Positions 1 through 13,184 of a stretch of 64,000 bases of DNA are shown here, piece by piece (the stretch's first letter is position 1; the number at the start of each line of letters is the position of its first letter). This DNA comes from Octopus sinensis (Eukaryota): NCBI RefSeq assembly GCF_006345805.1, contig NC_043006.1, forward strand, positions 63,674,001 through 63,738,000, written 5' to 3'. The position numbers and the translations under genes are program-made. The notes beneath the pieces are model-generated. The model was not told where the DNA came from, ran no database searches, and was given only the letters and a program-made list of their open reading frames with translations.

Positions 1-48
1 GAAGGATGAGGGGTGGACAATACAGAGACAGACATAAAGTGTGGGGGT

Positions 49-76
<28 letters not shown>

Positions 77-80
<4 letters not shown>

Positions 81-410
81 TTAATGTCTATTGTCCATGC
101 TGGTATGGGTTGGACGGTTTGACTGAGGTCTAGTGAGCCAGAAGGTTGCACCAGGCTCCAATCTGATCTGGCAGAGTTTCTACAGCTGGATGTCTTTCCT
201 AATGCTAACCATTCAGAGTGTGGTGGGTGCTTTTTATGTGCTACCAGCACAGGAGCCAGTAAGGCGAGCCTGGCAATGATCACGTTCAGATGGTGCTTTT
301 TAAGTGCCACTGGTACAAGAGCCAGTCAGAGGGTACTGGCATCAGTCACAATCGGTTGGTACTTTTTACATGCCACTAGCACCGGAGCCAGTAAGGCGGG
401 CTTATGATAA
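77..410 (-). mobile_element. RTE-clade LINE 3' tail, 5'-truncated copy
   Basis: Homologous to the 3' UTR that follows the RT ORF at 24425-25788; ends in a (GAT)n tail. Confidence 0.75.
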
Positions 411-654
411 AAAAAAATGAATAAATAAATAAAAATAACGTTTACACAGTATACACTGAAAAAGAAGGGACGTAGAAAAAAAAGGGGTGAGGATGATAGA
501 GATGTGGCCCTCCTGATACAGGAGGACCTCTAGGGATAATCAAGGAACCCCACTGTCCAAGATTTCCCTGGAACCCTAAGAGCAAGTGCCCTCTCCAGTG
601 CCTTCTCTCCAACTCACAGGTCTACACTTAGATGCATACCATCCACTTTTGCCA

Positions 655-1375
655 TTTTTGCTGCCACAAGGGGCAGCCATTTTAGAAGGGGAGATGTGTC
701 GATTACATTGAGCCGCAGTGTTCAACTGGTACTTAATTTATCCCAAAAGGATGAAAGGTAAAGTTGACCTCGATGGAATTTGAACTCAGAATATAGAGGT
801 AGATAAAATACTTCTAGGCATTTTGCCTGGCATGCTAACAATTCCGCCAGCTTGCCACCTTAACAATAATGAAAATAATAATAATAATGATTATAAGCTT
901 TTCTACTATAGGAACAAAGCCTGAAATTTTGGGGGAGGGGGCTAGTCGATTATATCGGCGCCAGTACATAACTGGTACTTATTTCATTGATCCCTAAAGA
1001 ATCCTTTCTACTATAGGCCAAGGCCTGAAATTTTGGGAGAAGGGGACCAGTCAATTACATTGACCTCAGTATGCAACTGGTACTTAGTATATCAACCCTG
1101 AAAGGATGGAAGACAAAGTTGACCTCAGCAGAATTTGAACCTACAACGTAAAGGGCTAGAAGAAATGTCGCTAAGCACTTTGTGTAGCATGGTAAATGCT
1201 ATAGGTACAAAACCTGAAATTTGAGGAGAGGGGTAGGGTTTGTTGGCTACTTGACCCCAAAGAGATAAAAGGTAAAGTCGATCTCAGTGGAATTTGAACT
1301 CGGAACATAAAAATAGACAAAATGCTTAGCAATATTTTGCCCAGCATAACTTTTCTATCAGCTTGCCGTTCTACA
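655..1375 (-). mobile_element. Cluster of about 4 family-B SINE copies or fragments
   Basis: Recurring aaaggatgaaaggcaaagtcgacctc...gaatttgaactcagaa motif, shared with the intact copies at 26517 and 55370. Confidence 0.7.
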
Positions 1376-1393
1376 TACAACATCACATCATTA

Positions 1394-1750
1394 TCATCAT
1401 CATCATTTAACGTCCATTGTCCATGCTGGTATGGGTTGGATGGTTTGACTGGGGCTGGTAAGCTGGAAGGCTGCACCAGACACCAGTCTGATCTGGTATG
1501 GTTTTCTACAGCTGGATAACTTTCCTAACACCAACCACTCTGAGAGTGTAATGGGTGCTTTTATGTGTCACCAGCATGGGTGCCATTTGCATGACACCAG
1601 TATCTGCCATGATTGCAATTTTGCTCAGCTTGATGGGTCTTCTTCTGAAGCAGGACATAATGCCAAAGGTCTCAGTCATTGCATCCCTCAGGCCCAACAC
1701 TTGAAAGGAACTCAGCCACCTTGCCTCCATGAGGCGCAACACTCAAAAGG
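1394..1750 (-). mobile_element. RTE LINE 3' tail copy
   Basis: ccatgctggtatgggttgga...tctacagctggata motif with a (CAT)n tail. Confidence 0.7.
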
Positions 1751-2189
1751 AACACATATAATAAATAAACAATCAATGAAAACAAGCCGTTATGTGGTTG
1801 ATTCACCAGCTAGAAATAGCAGCCAAATTTACATGGAATCACATCCTGTCATCTTAAAACAGGATTTGTAGGATAATGTGTTTTCTGAATGCAGAGGTGT
1901 CTGCTGCTAAAAGACCAAAACACCTAAATGCCTCTGGAAAATATCACTGAAGATGTGTCCAGGTACAATACAGGATGATGAAGAGAAGAAGCTGATAGGT
2001 TCTTTTTTACTTGCATGGGAAGAATGAAAGGCAAAGATGATTTTCGCCGGATTGGAACTCAAGTCACCAACAAAATATTGCTTCTTATCGGAGAAATATG
2101 ATCACGGCAGAAAAAATTTATACCATTTTGTGAAATTTTTTGAAATGAAGTTTCTGTTGACAAAGAACTTCAAAAGATTTCTGAAACTC

Positions 2190-2557
2190 GTGTGCGTGTG
2201 TGTTTGTGTGTGTGTATGTAAGTATATATTTGTGCATGAATATGTGTGTGTATATGATTGTACATATGTGTGTGTACTTTTGTGAGCTATTCTATATTTG
2301 TATATATGTGTGTGAGCATGTGTGTATATATTCGTATGTACATGGTTGCGTGTTGGCATACATATGCTTGTGCATGAGTGGCATGTGTACATTTTTCTTT
2401 CTTAGAGAATCTAATTTTCTATTGAAATCTATTTGCTTCTTTCAGAAAAAAAAGATTTCAGTCAGTTAATTGCCTTCCAAAGGGCAAAACATATAAATAT
2501 ATACATAAACGATGATGATGTGATGATGATGATGATGATGATGCATATATGTATATG

Positions 2558-2590
<33 letters not shown>

Positions 2591-3522
2591 CCATACATAC
2601 ATATACCATGTATGGTGTGTATGTATGTGTGTGTATACACATATACTTATATATATATATATATTATATATATATATATAATTATATATAATTGTACTAT
2701 ATACGTACATATATATCTAAAATATACATATATATATATATACACATATACATATATATATATACATATACATATATATATATATACATATACATATACA
2801 TACATACATATATATACATATACATATATACACATATACACATATACATACATACATATATATTACATATACATACATATATACATATATATACATATAT
2901 ACATACATACACACACACACACATACATATATATACATATGTACATATGAATTCCTTATATGAAAAAAGAAACAGCAAACAAATTTAATTGCTTTTTTTT
3001 CTAACCCACATATACACAAAAAAATTCTAATTCAAAAAAAAATTTAACCAATTTTTTTTTTATCTTAAAATGCATTTGAAAGGTTATTTAGATTTGGATT
3101 CAATAGTTTTGTAGAATTTGCAGATCAATGGTTTACAAAATGAGGTTATATTATTAGCTGCAGGGGATTAGATCAATCAATCTATTTGGAATTGCTACAT
3201 TATCAACTTGTAATGAGTAATGAATGATGTAAAATTTAGAATAATAAAATCAATATCATAGGGACCCTTGAGGCAGGTATTGAGATTGGTTTGGGGCCCA
3301 GGAACATGAACCTGCACCCTTCTCATTTACACTTCACTGCAGCATTGTCACGTAAATATATATATAAACATATAAATACATATGTAAATGTATGTTTATA
3401 TTTATACACAGATGATACATTAATAACATATACATACTTATATACATTTACATGTAATATATATATATATATATATAAATATATACACATACATATATAT
3501 ACATAAATACACATATATATAT

Positions 3523-3590
<68 letters not shown>

Positions 3591-3835
3591 CATATATACA
3601 TATACATACAATATTATATATATATATACAATATACATATATATATATGTATATATATATACATATACACATATACATATATGTATATATATATACATAT
3701 ACATATATGTATATATATATACATATATGATTATATATATACATATATATATACATACATATATATACATATAATATATATTATTACTATAATATATATA
3801 TACATATAATACATATAATTATATATACATATATA

Positions 3836-3877
<42 letters not shown>

Positions 3878-3925
3878 CACACATGCACTCATATATATGC
3901 ACATATATAAACATACAATATATAC

Positions 3926-3969
<44 letters not shown>

Positions 3970-4161
3970 CAGACACATAAACGTATGCATGGAGACACAG
4001 GTCTTAAATGCTTGAGATTTGTAAACATCAATTACTGATGGAAATTGAACCACATGTTTCGTGTTAATGGGTAAAAATATTGCCATTTATACATACATCT
4101 ATTTACACACATGTGTGTCTGTTTGTATACATGTACATGCACATATATGTGTATTACATAT

Positions 4162-4195
<34 letters not shown>

Positions 4196-4294
4196 AGTGT
4201 GAGTGTGCGCCTGTCTGAAGGACAAGTTTTTAATAACCATTCACAAATAAAGAACTCGGGATGATATTAATCGTACAGTAGATGATATATATAC

Positions 4295-4372
<78 letters not shown>

Positions 4373-4376
4373 TATA

Positions 4377-4420
<44 letters not shown>

Positions 4421-4511
4421 TCATGTATATATACATATATAAACAAATACACACACACACACAATATATATATATATATACATTCATGTATATATACATA
4501 TATAAACAAAT

Positions 4512-4543
<32 letters not shown>

Positions 4544-4640
4544 TCACATACATACATATACACACATATGCATACACACACATATATACAAACATAAATA
4601 TTTATATATACATACATATACATATGCACATGTGATATAC
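2190..4640. repeat. Large compound (TA)n/(CATA)n/(TG)n microsatellite blocks
   Basis: Seen directly; these account for the Y/I/M/C/V-rich ORFs in the track. Confidence 0.95.
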
Positions 4641-5149
4641 GTATAAATATATATATCCTTTTACCCCTCCATTTTTCTTAATGTTAGCTATTAATATATA
4701 GTCACCCTTTCTTGTGAATTATGCTATAAATAATCAATATTGTGAAGGAACATATAACCCCATTACCCAGAGATTCATGGAAGAATGAAACCATTAACTG
4801 TAGTGTTATGCAGTGAATATTCACCAATAAAGAAAGATGTTTTCTTTACTCTTCATCAAGTTTTGAGTTCTCTTTTTGCTTCTGTTGTTTGTAGTTCCCA
4901 CATACAAATGCATGTACATGGAAACACAGATACATAATTGGATAATAATAAAAATAATAATAATAATCATTTCAAATTTTTGCCACAAGGATAGCTTAGG
5001 GGGAGGTAGTTACTTAATTTATCGGCAAAGAATTCGGCAAAGTTGACCTCATGGGAATTTGAACTCAGAATGTAGCGGCTGATGAAATACCACTAAGCAT
5101 TTTGTATGGCATGCTGATGATTCTACCAGTTCACTACCTTAAATAATAA

Positions 5150-5490
5150 TAATACAGTGTCACCTTACTGGCACATATGCTGGTGGCACATGAAAAACAA
5201 CATTCGAGCATAGTCGTTGCCAGTGCTGCTGGACTGATTCCCACGCAGGTAGCAAGTAAAAACACCTTTTGAGCATGGTTGTTGCCAGAACTGCCTGACT
5301 GGCCCATGTGCCGGTGACACATAAAAGCATCCACTACATTCTCGGAGTGGTTGGTGTTAGGAAAGGCATCCAGCTGTAGAAACTTTGTCAGATTAGATTG
5401 AGTCTGGTGCAGCCTCTGGCTCACCAGTCCTCAGTCAAACCGTCCAACCCATTCCAGCATGGAAAGCAGATGTTAAACGATGAATAATAA
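5150..5490 (+). mobile_element. RTE LINE 3' tail copy
   Basis: ggagtggttggtgttaggaaaggcatccagctgtagaaac...catggaaagcagatgttaaacgatga. Confidence 0.75.
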
Positions 5491-5519
5491 TAATATTAAT
5501 AATAATAATAATAATAATC

Positions 5520-5975
5520 TTTTCTAACAAAGGCATAAGGCCTGAAATTTGTGTGGAGGAGACTAGTCAATTACATTGACTCCAGTACACAACTGGTACT
5601 TAATTTATCAATCCCAAAACAACGAGAGGTAAAGTTGACCCTCAGCAGAATTTGAACTCACAACATAGTGATAGGCGAAATCCCGCTAAGCACAAGCATT
5701 TAGTCCAACAATTCTGCCAGCTCACCAACTTAAATAATAACAATGATAATAATAATAACAATAATCTGTTCTACTATAGGAACTAGGTTTTAAATTTGGG
5801 GTTGGGGACTAGTCGATTACATCAACCCCCATATTTCACTGGTACTTAATCGATCCCAAAAGGATGAAAGGCAAAGTCGACCTCAGTGGAAAATGAACCC
5901 TGAATGTAAAGGTGGACAAATTGCTGCAAAGCTTTTTGTCCAGAATGCTAAGAATTCTCCTGGCTTGCTACCTTA
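5520..5975 (-). mobile_element. Two tandem family-B SINE copies
   Basis: Same family-B core motif, each copy bounded by (AAT)n. Confidence 0.7.
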
Positions 5976-6010
5976 TGGCATTAATAATAATGATAATAAT
6001 AATAATATTT

Positions 6011-6074
6011 GTGTAGGGATTTTCTCAGCAGAACAACGCTGCTGTGATGTTAGAGAGGAGGAAAAAGAATATAT
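6011..6074 (-). pseudogene. Decayed partial duplicate of the acceptor and 5' end of the RECK CC3 exon
   Basis: Ungapped 53/64 identity to 8781-8844. The acceptor AG has become AA and the first Cys of the CC motif has become Arg. Truncated on the left by an (AAT)n/SINE block. Confidence 0.8.
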
Positions 6075-6434
6075 GACAAGCACGTGTTATCAGTAATTAC
6101 TCAGGGTAGGCAGTTGGTGATGTTTATGAAGTAAAACACACAAAAAAAATTAAGTGAAACACACGACTGAGTTGAAGACAGATTCACTTCTGCCTTTATA
6201 GCATGTAAAGTAAACGGTGTTGTAGGAGTGTACGCAGCAAGTGTACTACAGCCTTACTATATGTAGCTTAAATAGATTGAAAGACAGGGGCGAATTATGC
6301 CTGCCTAATCAAAAAAAAAAAATTTTAATATTTTGCATTTTATGCATAGTAATCAGAGTAACCTTCATAATCTTATTGAATTAGGTACATATTTTGCCAT
6401 AAAAGGAATATGTTGCTATTAATTTATTTTAATC

Positions 6435-6935
6435 AAGGTAGGCACTGTCTACCTTGATGGCACATCTCTGATACATGAATGTATATTGATGACCAATGGA
6501 GAGCAGGAGTTTGAATTGGATACTAGAAATACAGGTACTGGTGCCATGGTGTGCCAGTTCCTGCTTTTGGTCCTCTGAAGAGGAGAAGTTAGTAAAAAAA
6601 ATGCCAAATTTGCTATCCTCAATTCAGTTTCTTGCCTGTCCTCACCTATGGTCATGAATGTTGGGTAACAACTGAAAGAGTTCAACCACGAATGCAAGCA
6701 GCCAAAATGAGTTGTGCTGAAGGAACTCTGGAATAACATAACTCAACAGGGTGCATGGCTTGGAGATCAGAGTGTCTCTTCCGGTTGAGATGTTACTTCT
6801 CCGCATTGAGAGCTCAAAGCTCACAGCTCCAGTACCATGGACATGCAATTAGAATGTTGCAGGAAGGAATTGCGAGACGGATTCTTCAAGCCAAACCAAC
6901 TGGAAGGAAGCTTAGAGTAAAATTGTTTGATAATA
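6435..6935 (+). mobile_element. Degraded RTE-type LINE reverse transcriptase C-terminal fragment
   Basis: Frameshifted translation gives ...YGHECW... and ...QLQYHGHAIRM...RRILQAKPTGRK, which resembles the RTE YGxExW / LRWYGHxxRM motifs. Confidence 0.75.
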
Positions 6936-7247
6936 GCTATATTCTCAGATGGTCACACTTGAGAATCCAACCTGGAAGAGTAATGGTGGTCGTTGCTAAT
7001 GAGACCCGAAAGAGGAGGTACCTGAAGACTTGGCCTTAATGACACTCCCAGGAATAATATGCAAAAAAGATGGACAGGTAGATTATAATGATTTCTTTTA
7101 TTTGCCATGGGGACATCAAACGGGGGAGAAATTACATGGATGGTCTACAATTTGTGTAGGGTTTTGCATAAAGATGAGGAGGAAAGAAAGGGGAAAGAGA
7201 AGAAAATGCGGTGAAAAGTGTATGTAATATTCAAAACATGTGAACAT

Positions 7248-7656
7248 AAGTGCAGGAGTGGCTGCGTGGAAAGTAGCTTGCTTACCAACCACATGGTTCC
7301 AGGATCAGTCCCACTGCATGGCATTTTAGGCAAATGTCTTTTACTATAGCCTCAGACCGGCCAAAGCTTTGGGAGTGGATTTGGTAGATGAAAATTGAAA
7401 GAAGCCTGTCGTATATATATGTGTGTGTGTATGCATGTATTTGTTATTTGTGTCTGAGTTTGTCACCCCCACCATCGCTTGACAACTGTTGGTGTGTTTA
7501 CATCCCTGTAACTTAGTGGTTTGGCAAAAAGAGACTGATAGAATAAGTACTAGGCTTACAAAGAATAAGTCCTGTGATCAATTCGTTCAACTAAAAAGGT
7601 GGTGCTCCGGAATGGCTGCAGTCAAATGACCGAAACAAGTAAAAGAATAAAAGAAT
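7248..7656 (+). mobile_element. Family-A tRNA-derived SINE (near full length)
   Basis: A/B-box head (tggctgcgtgg...ggttccaggatcagtccc), central TA/TG microsatellite and a (gtaaaaga)-type tail. Confidence 0.8.
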
Positions 7657-7692
7657 ATGAATGATGCAGTCCTCCTGATAAATGAGAACCTA

Positions 7693-8102
7693 CAGTTCGG
7701 GCCCCAACCAGGGAACCTCACAAATCCAGAATCTTGCAGACCAACTGGCCTGCAGTTAGGGCCCCAGCCAGGGAATCGCACAAATCCAGAATCTCGCAGA
7801 CTGACTGGACAGCAGTTATCGCCCCAGCCAGGGAACCTCACAAATCCAGAATCTTGCAGACCAACTGGCCTGCAGTTAGGGCCCCAGCCAGGGAATCGCA
7901 CAAATCCAGAATCTCGCAGACTGACTGGACAGCAGTTATCGCCCCAGCCAGGGAACCTCACAAATCCAGAATCTTGCAGACCGACTGGCCGGCAGTTAGG
8001 GTCCCAGCCAGGGAACCTCACAAATCCAGAATCTCGCAGACCGACTGGCCTGCAGTTAGAGCCCCAGCCAGGGAACATCCCAAATCCAGAATCTCGCAGA
8101 CC
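7693..8102. repeat. 60-bp minisatellite, about 7 units, with a perfect 120-bp higher-order repeat
   Basis: Exact 60-nt period; 7741-7860 is identical to 7861-7980. Confidence 0.95.
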
Positions 8103-8344
8103 AGGGACCTAATATAAATCAAAAACATTAAAGGACAACACGAGATGAATAAACAAGGGGTTTTGCAAATAAAAAGGTCCATGTACAAATTTCATAACAA
8201 AGATAATAATATGACAAATAAAAACTCCCAATAGGGGGAGGCACTTTGAAGGTTACTCATGGAAAAAAGAAACCCATAAAAACCACAGGTGCCTGGTCAA
8301 CAGGACGAGAACCCTTTCTCCTTTTACACCTTCTTTTTACAGGT

Positions 8345-8560
8345 GTAATCTCGTACTATAGGCACAAGGCCTGAAATTTGCATGGAGGGGGTCTAGTCAA
8401 TTACATCTGCCCCAGTGCTTCACTGCTACTTAATTTATCGACCCCGAAAGGATAAAAGGCAAAGTTGACCTTGGCAGTATTTGAACTCAGAACATTGTGA
8501 CTGTCGAAATACCGCTAAGTATTTCGTCCAGCGTGCTAACGATTCTGCCAGCTCACCAGA
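8345..8560 (-). mobile_element. Family-B SINE
   Basis: Family-B core motif, about 60 nt from the CC3 exon donor. Confidence 0.75.
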
Positions 8561-8618
8561 AACAAAGACAAGGGCAATAAACAAAAACTACAACAAAATT
8601 AGGAAGAACAGGACTTAC

Positions 8619-8819
8619 ATTGATTGATATTGCGCAGATGAGCAGGTTTGGCCTGTGCCAGAACACACAGCACCATGGCTTGACTTTTTATAGAACAATG
8701 TTGCACAAGGGCTTGCAATTGGTCATGGTTGTTCAGGGTATTGGTGAAGTAGAGATTCTGGCAGAGAGCTTGGCAGCTGGGTATAGGGGCTTTGTCAGCA
8801 GAACAACACTGTTGTGATG
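8619..8819 (-). CDS. RECK: RECK exon encoding the CC3 domain (201 nt, phase 1-1): SSQQCCSADKAPIPSCQALCQNLYFTNTLNNHDQLQALVQHCSIKSQAMVLCVLAQAKPAHLRNINQ
   Basis: Acceptor ttttttctcctccctag| and donor |gtaagt. Aligns with recalled human CC3 (CCSYAGHHTNCREYCQAIFRTDSSPGPSQIKAVENYCASISPQLIHCVNNYTQSYPMRNPTD). Confidence 0.92.
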
Positions 8820-8986
8820 CTAGGGAGGAGAAAAAAACATATATACATAAATATACATAAATAAATATGTGTGTGTGTGTGTGCGTGTGTGTGTGTGTTG
8901 TGTGTATGTGTGTGCGTGTACTATTCTGTGACGGTAAGATCAACAAAAAAAGTACTCTGTCTGGTGAGCAATAGATATTATCTAAT

Positions 8987-9120
8987 AAACACAATATATC
9001 TATTTATGTGTTAGTATTAGTTTCATGCACTGAGAGCATGCCAGAGGTGTTAAAAAAACAGTTTGGCATGTTCTCAATGCATGAAACTAATAGTAACTCA
9101 TAAATACATATATTGTGTTT
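8987..9120. repeat. Inverted repeat: 57-bp arms, 5 mismatches, 20-nt loop
   Basis: 8987-9043 pairs with the reverse complement of 9064-9120. Confidence 0.9.
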
Positions 9121-9730
9121 AAGACCTGGCAAGCCAAGTGAGACCATAACCTCGTGGCCTATGCCAGGGGTGTAACCAGCCCACTTATGCGTACCTTTTC
9201 TTCATTGACACTAAACTCTGCTTGCAAAGACCTGTTGAGGCAAGTGAAATCGAAATCAAAATCAAATTCGATGACTGGCATGTGTGCTAGTGAAGTGCTA
9301 AGAGCACCATCCGAGCATGATCATTGCTAGAACAGCTAACTGGCTTCTGTACCGGTGGCACGTAAAATGCACCATTTGAGCGTGATCATTACCAGCATCG
9401 CCTTACTGGCACTTGTGCCGGTGGCATGTGAAAAACATTCAAGCAAGGTCGTTGCCAGTGCTGCTAGACTGGCTCCTGTGCAGGTGGCATGTAAAAAACA
9501 CTATTTGAACATGGCCATTACCTGTACCACCTGACTGGCCCTCGTGCTGGTGGCACATAAAAGCACCCACTACACTCTCAGAGTGGTTGGCATTAGGAAA
9601 GGCATCCAGCTGTAGAAACTCTGCGAGATCTAGATTGGGGTCTGGTGCAGCCATCTGGTTCACCAGTCCTCAGTCAAATCATCCAACCCATGCTAGCATG
9701 GAAAGCAGATGTTAAACGATGATGATGATG
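9121..9730 (+). mobile_element. RTE LINE 3' UTR, long copy
   Basis: Collinear with 25170-25788, including the internal ggcac(g/a)taaaa units and the (GAT)n tail. Confidence 0.8.
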
Positions 9731-10091
9731 ATGATTATATATATATATATATGTATATATATACTACATTCTCAGAATGGTTGGCGTTAGGAAGGGCATC
9801 CAGCTGTAGAAGCACTACCAGATTGAATTGGGGCCTGGCGCAGCCTCCTGGCTTCCCAGACCCCAGTCGAACTGTCCAGCCCATGCCAACATGGAAAAGG
9901 GTTGTATGATGATGATGTATATATATATATATTATATAATATATATACACATATATATATATGAGAGAGAGAGAGAAACAGAGAGAAAGAAGGTGAGAGG
10001 GAAAGTGGGTGAGAGATACAGAGAAGGATATAGGGAAAAATGGAGAATATGTGTGCTAGAGAGTCAATGTGTGTGTGTGTGTGTTTGTGTT

Positions 10092-10130
<39 letters not shown>

Positions 10131-11414
10131 GACGCAGGGAAATAAGTGATGTTATCGTTTCCTTTTATTTAAAATGAAAAGAAAAGGAAAATGTTAAACA
10201 ATTGTAAGTACAAGCACTTTGAGTAAGAAATGAGGGGAGCAAACTTAAATTTAAATGACAATACCAAACATCCCAACAACAGCAAATCATCTTTTGCTTG
10301 TACAGTGAAACAAAAAGAGTCCATAGAAATGAGTTAGCTCTCAATAAGAAAAAAGCATGGAAGAGGTATGTTACAAAAGTGAGTACCTCTTTGCCTGAGG
10401 AATTAATCAAAATAGGATAATGAAGAAAGTGTCATATCTTTGATTTTAGAAAAGGGGTTCCAAAAGAAAAGTCAATGGAAACAGTAGGCTGTATGTGAGA
10501 GAATATATGCTTCTTCTTAAGAGGTCAAGAAGCAAAGCATATGAAAGTATATGTCTGTTATGTAAAACTGAAAATAAGGTGAGGAGTCAGATGGGGTTTT
10601 ATGTTCAGAGGATGGTGCTGAAGTAGATGGGTAGGAAGTGAAATACAAAGGTTTATGACCAGAAATATTTCAGCTTTCATGGACCCTTAAGCTTGTTGTC
10701 AAGTTTGTGAAACAACATGGTTGATTGAAATCTGCAGGGATTTCCAGCACCTGAGCCCAACTTTACCTGAACACCATAAGGTATCTTGGAGGTACATGTT
10801 ACAGTGAAAGTCACCCTCTCTTATAGAATAATCTCACTCTGTCTCAAGTCTATCACTGCTTCTCTCACTCACTCACCTAAGATCTATCATCCTTCCTTTC
10901 TCCCTCTCTCTTTCTACCATTTAACATCTAAAAGACCTAAGGGACATTGTTGATTAAAATTGCCTGTCTTTTAAAGGAATAAGGAAGGGTTCCGCTTTGT
11001 TTTTGGCTATGTGGGTGGTGGTGCAAGCATTAGGGACCAATGGGGCTACTGTCACAGTAATCACCACCACCACCACCACCACCACCACCACCACTACTAC
11101 CACCACCACCACCACCACCACCATTACTGCTACCATGACCGAAATGACCACTACTATGACTACTACAGTGTGTGTGTGTATGGCAAAGTGTATGATTGTG
11201 GGCATATGTGAGTGTGTATGTGTGCATGTGTATGTGTATGTACATGTGAGAGTGTGTAAGTGTACTGAGTAAAAGTATGCATGCATAATGTGTGTGTGTG
11301 TTGTGTGTGTATGTATGTAAATGGATGTGAAAGTGAGCAATGAATTAGTGTGTATGTATTAGACTTTGTATATGTGTGTATATACATGTGAAAATGTCTG
11401 TGTGTGATTGTGTG

Positions 11415-11445
<31 letters not shown>

Positions 11446-12136
11446 GCACTTAAATCACCAAGGAACACAAAATACCTTTTGAGGTAAACATTAATAGAAG
11501 TGGGAAGAAGTGTGGGTTGGTGGGGGAGCGGGGGTATTTAACTTAAGGGGTCTGGATGAGTGTTCATGTGTGGGTGTGGGTGGTCAGTTGTCAGGGTGTG
11601 GGTGGTTGTGTGAGTAGAGGTATGGAGGGGTAACACTCAAGATAGACATACAGTACAAACACGTACAATGCATACGTTCATATAGACATACAAATGTATA
11701 TACACACATGCATACAAGTATGCATATATACATACATACATACATACACACACTCTGACAAACACACATACATACAATACATATACACATACATACGTGC
11801 ACACACATACATACACACATACACACATACACATACATACACATACGTACACATACACACAAATACACATACATATTCACATACATACACACATGCATAC
11901 ACACATACACACACAGATATACATCCATGGTGGGGTTATAATAAAAAAAAAAAGCAGCTGAAGTGGTTCAGTGTTGTTGTTGTTGTTGTCCTCTACCATC
12001 AGTACCCCACCTCTTACCACCGCCTCCATACCACTTATGTCACTACACCCCTCCCCTACCACCTACAGTAGATTATAACATTAAGTGGTAGTGGTATTGG
12101 AAATGGTGGAGGGTGGTGGAAGTGGTGGTGGTGGTA

Positions 12137-12173
<37 letters not shown>

Positions 12174-13184
12174 GTGGTGGTGGTGGTGGTGGTGGTGGCA
12201 TGAGCAGTTTTAAAAATCCAAAGGATGTAGGCACTTGAGAGAAAGTAGTTGAGGAGAGAGTAAAGGAGAGAGGAGGCGCTCCCCCACCCTCCTCCCAATG
12301 GATAGAAGTAGGGGGTGGTTGTGACCGGTTTGGTGGTGGTGGTGATGGTGTTGCTGGTGGTCGGGTGGCTGAAGTACTGGAGGTGGGTGGAGGGAGGTTG
12401 TTGGAGGAAGCATTTTGCAATGAAGTGGTGGTGGGGTGGAGGCTTACATTTTGAAGCTTGGAGGTTCTTTGTGCTTGGCAAGACTCTTCTATGCATGTGT
12501 GTGTATGTGTGTGTGTGTGTGTGCGTGTGTGTGTATGTGCGTATCATATATATTTATATATATATACATGTATATATAAATATACTTATATACAAATATG
12601 CACGTGTATGTATGTGTGTACGTGTACATATATATATATATATGTATATATATTTGTATACATATGTATATATATATATATATACATACATATATATGTA
12701 TATATATATATACATATATGTATATATCTGTATATATATATATATTTGTGTATGTATACATATGTTTATATATATGTATATATATATGTATATATATTAT
12801 ATGCATATATATATATGTATGTGTGCATATGTATATATTTTTATATACATTTATATTAAATATATATAACATACGCATATACATATAAACGTTATATATG
12901 GATATACTTATTAAATATACAAATATATTATGTGTGTGTGCACACATGCATGTATGTGTGTGTGTGTGTGTGTTCTTCTTTCTAACAAAGATGCAAGCCT
13001 CCATCATTGGAATGTAGATAACAAAAACGATGTTATATTTTAAACTTGAGAAAAGTCTTGCATATTTTTACTGTTCCACTTACAGGTTGCATTTTTAATG
13101 TGCAAATTATGTTGGTTGATCTCTTTTCCTGAAAATCCCAGCTTATCCACATTGTCACTTAGGTATTTACTCTTGGGGTTTTCT

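Noticed and set aside
7693-8102. Possible CRISPR-like array
   Set aside because: Contiguous tandem units with no unique spacers, in a eukaryotic context with no cas genes.
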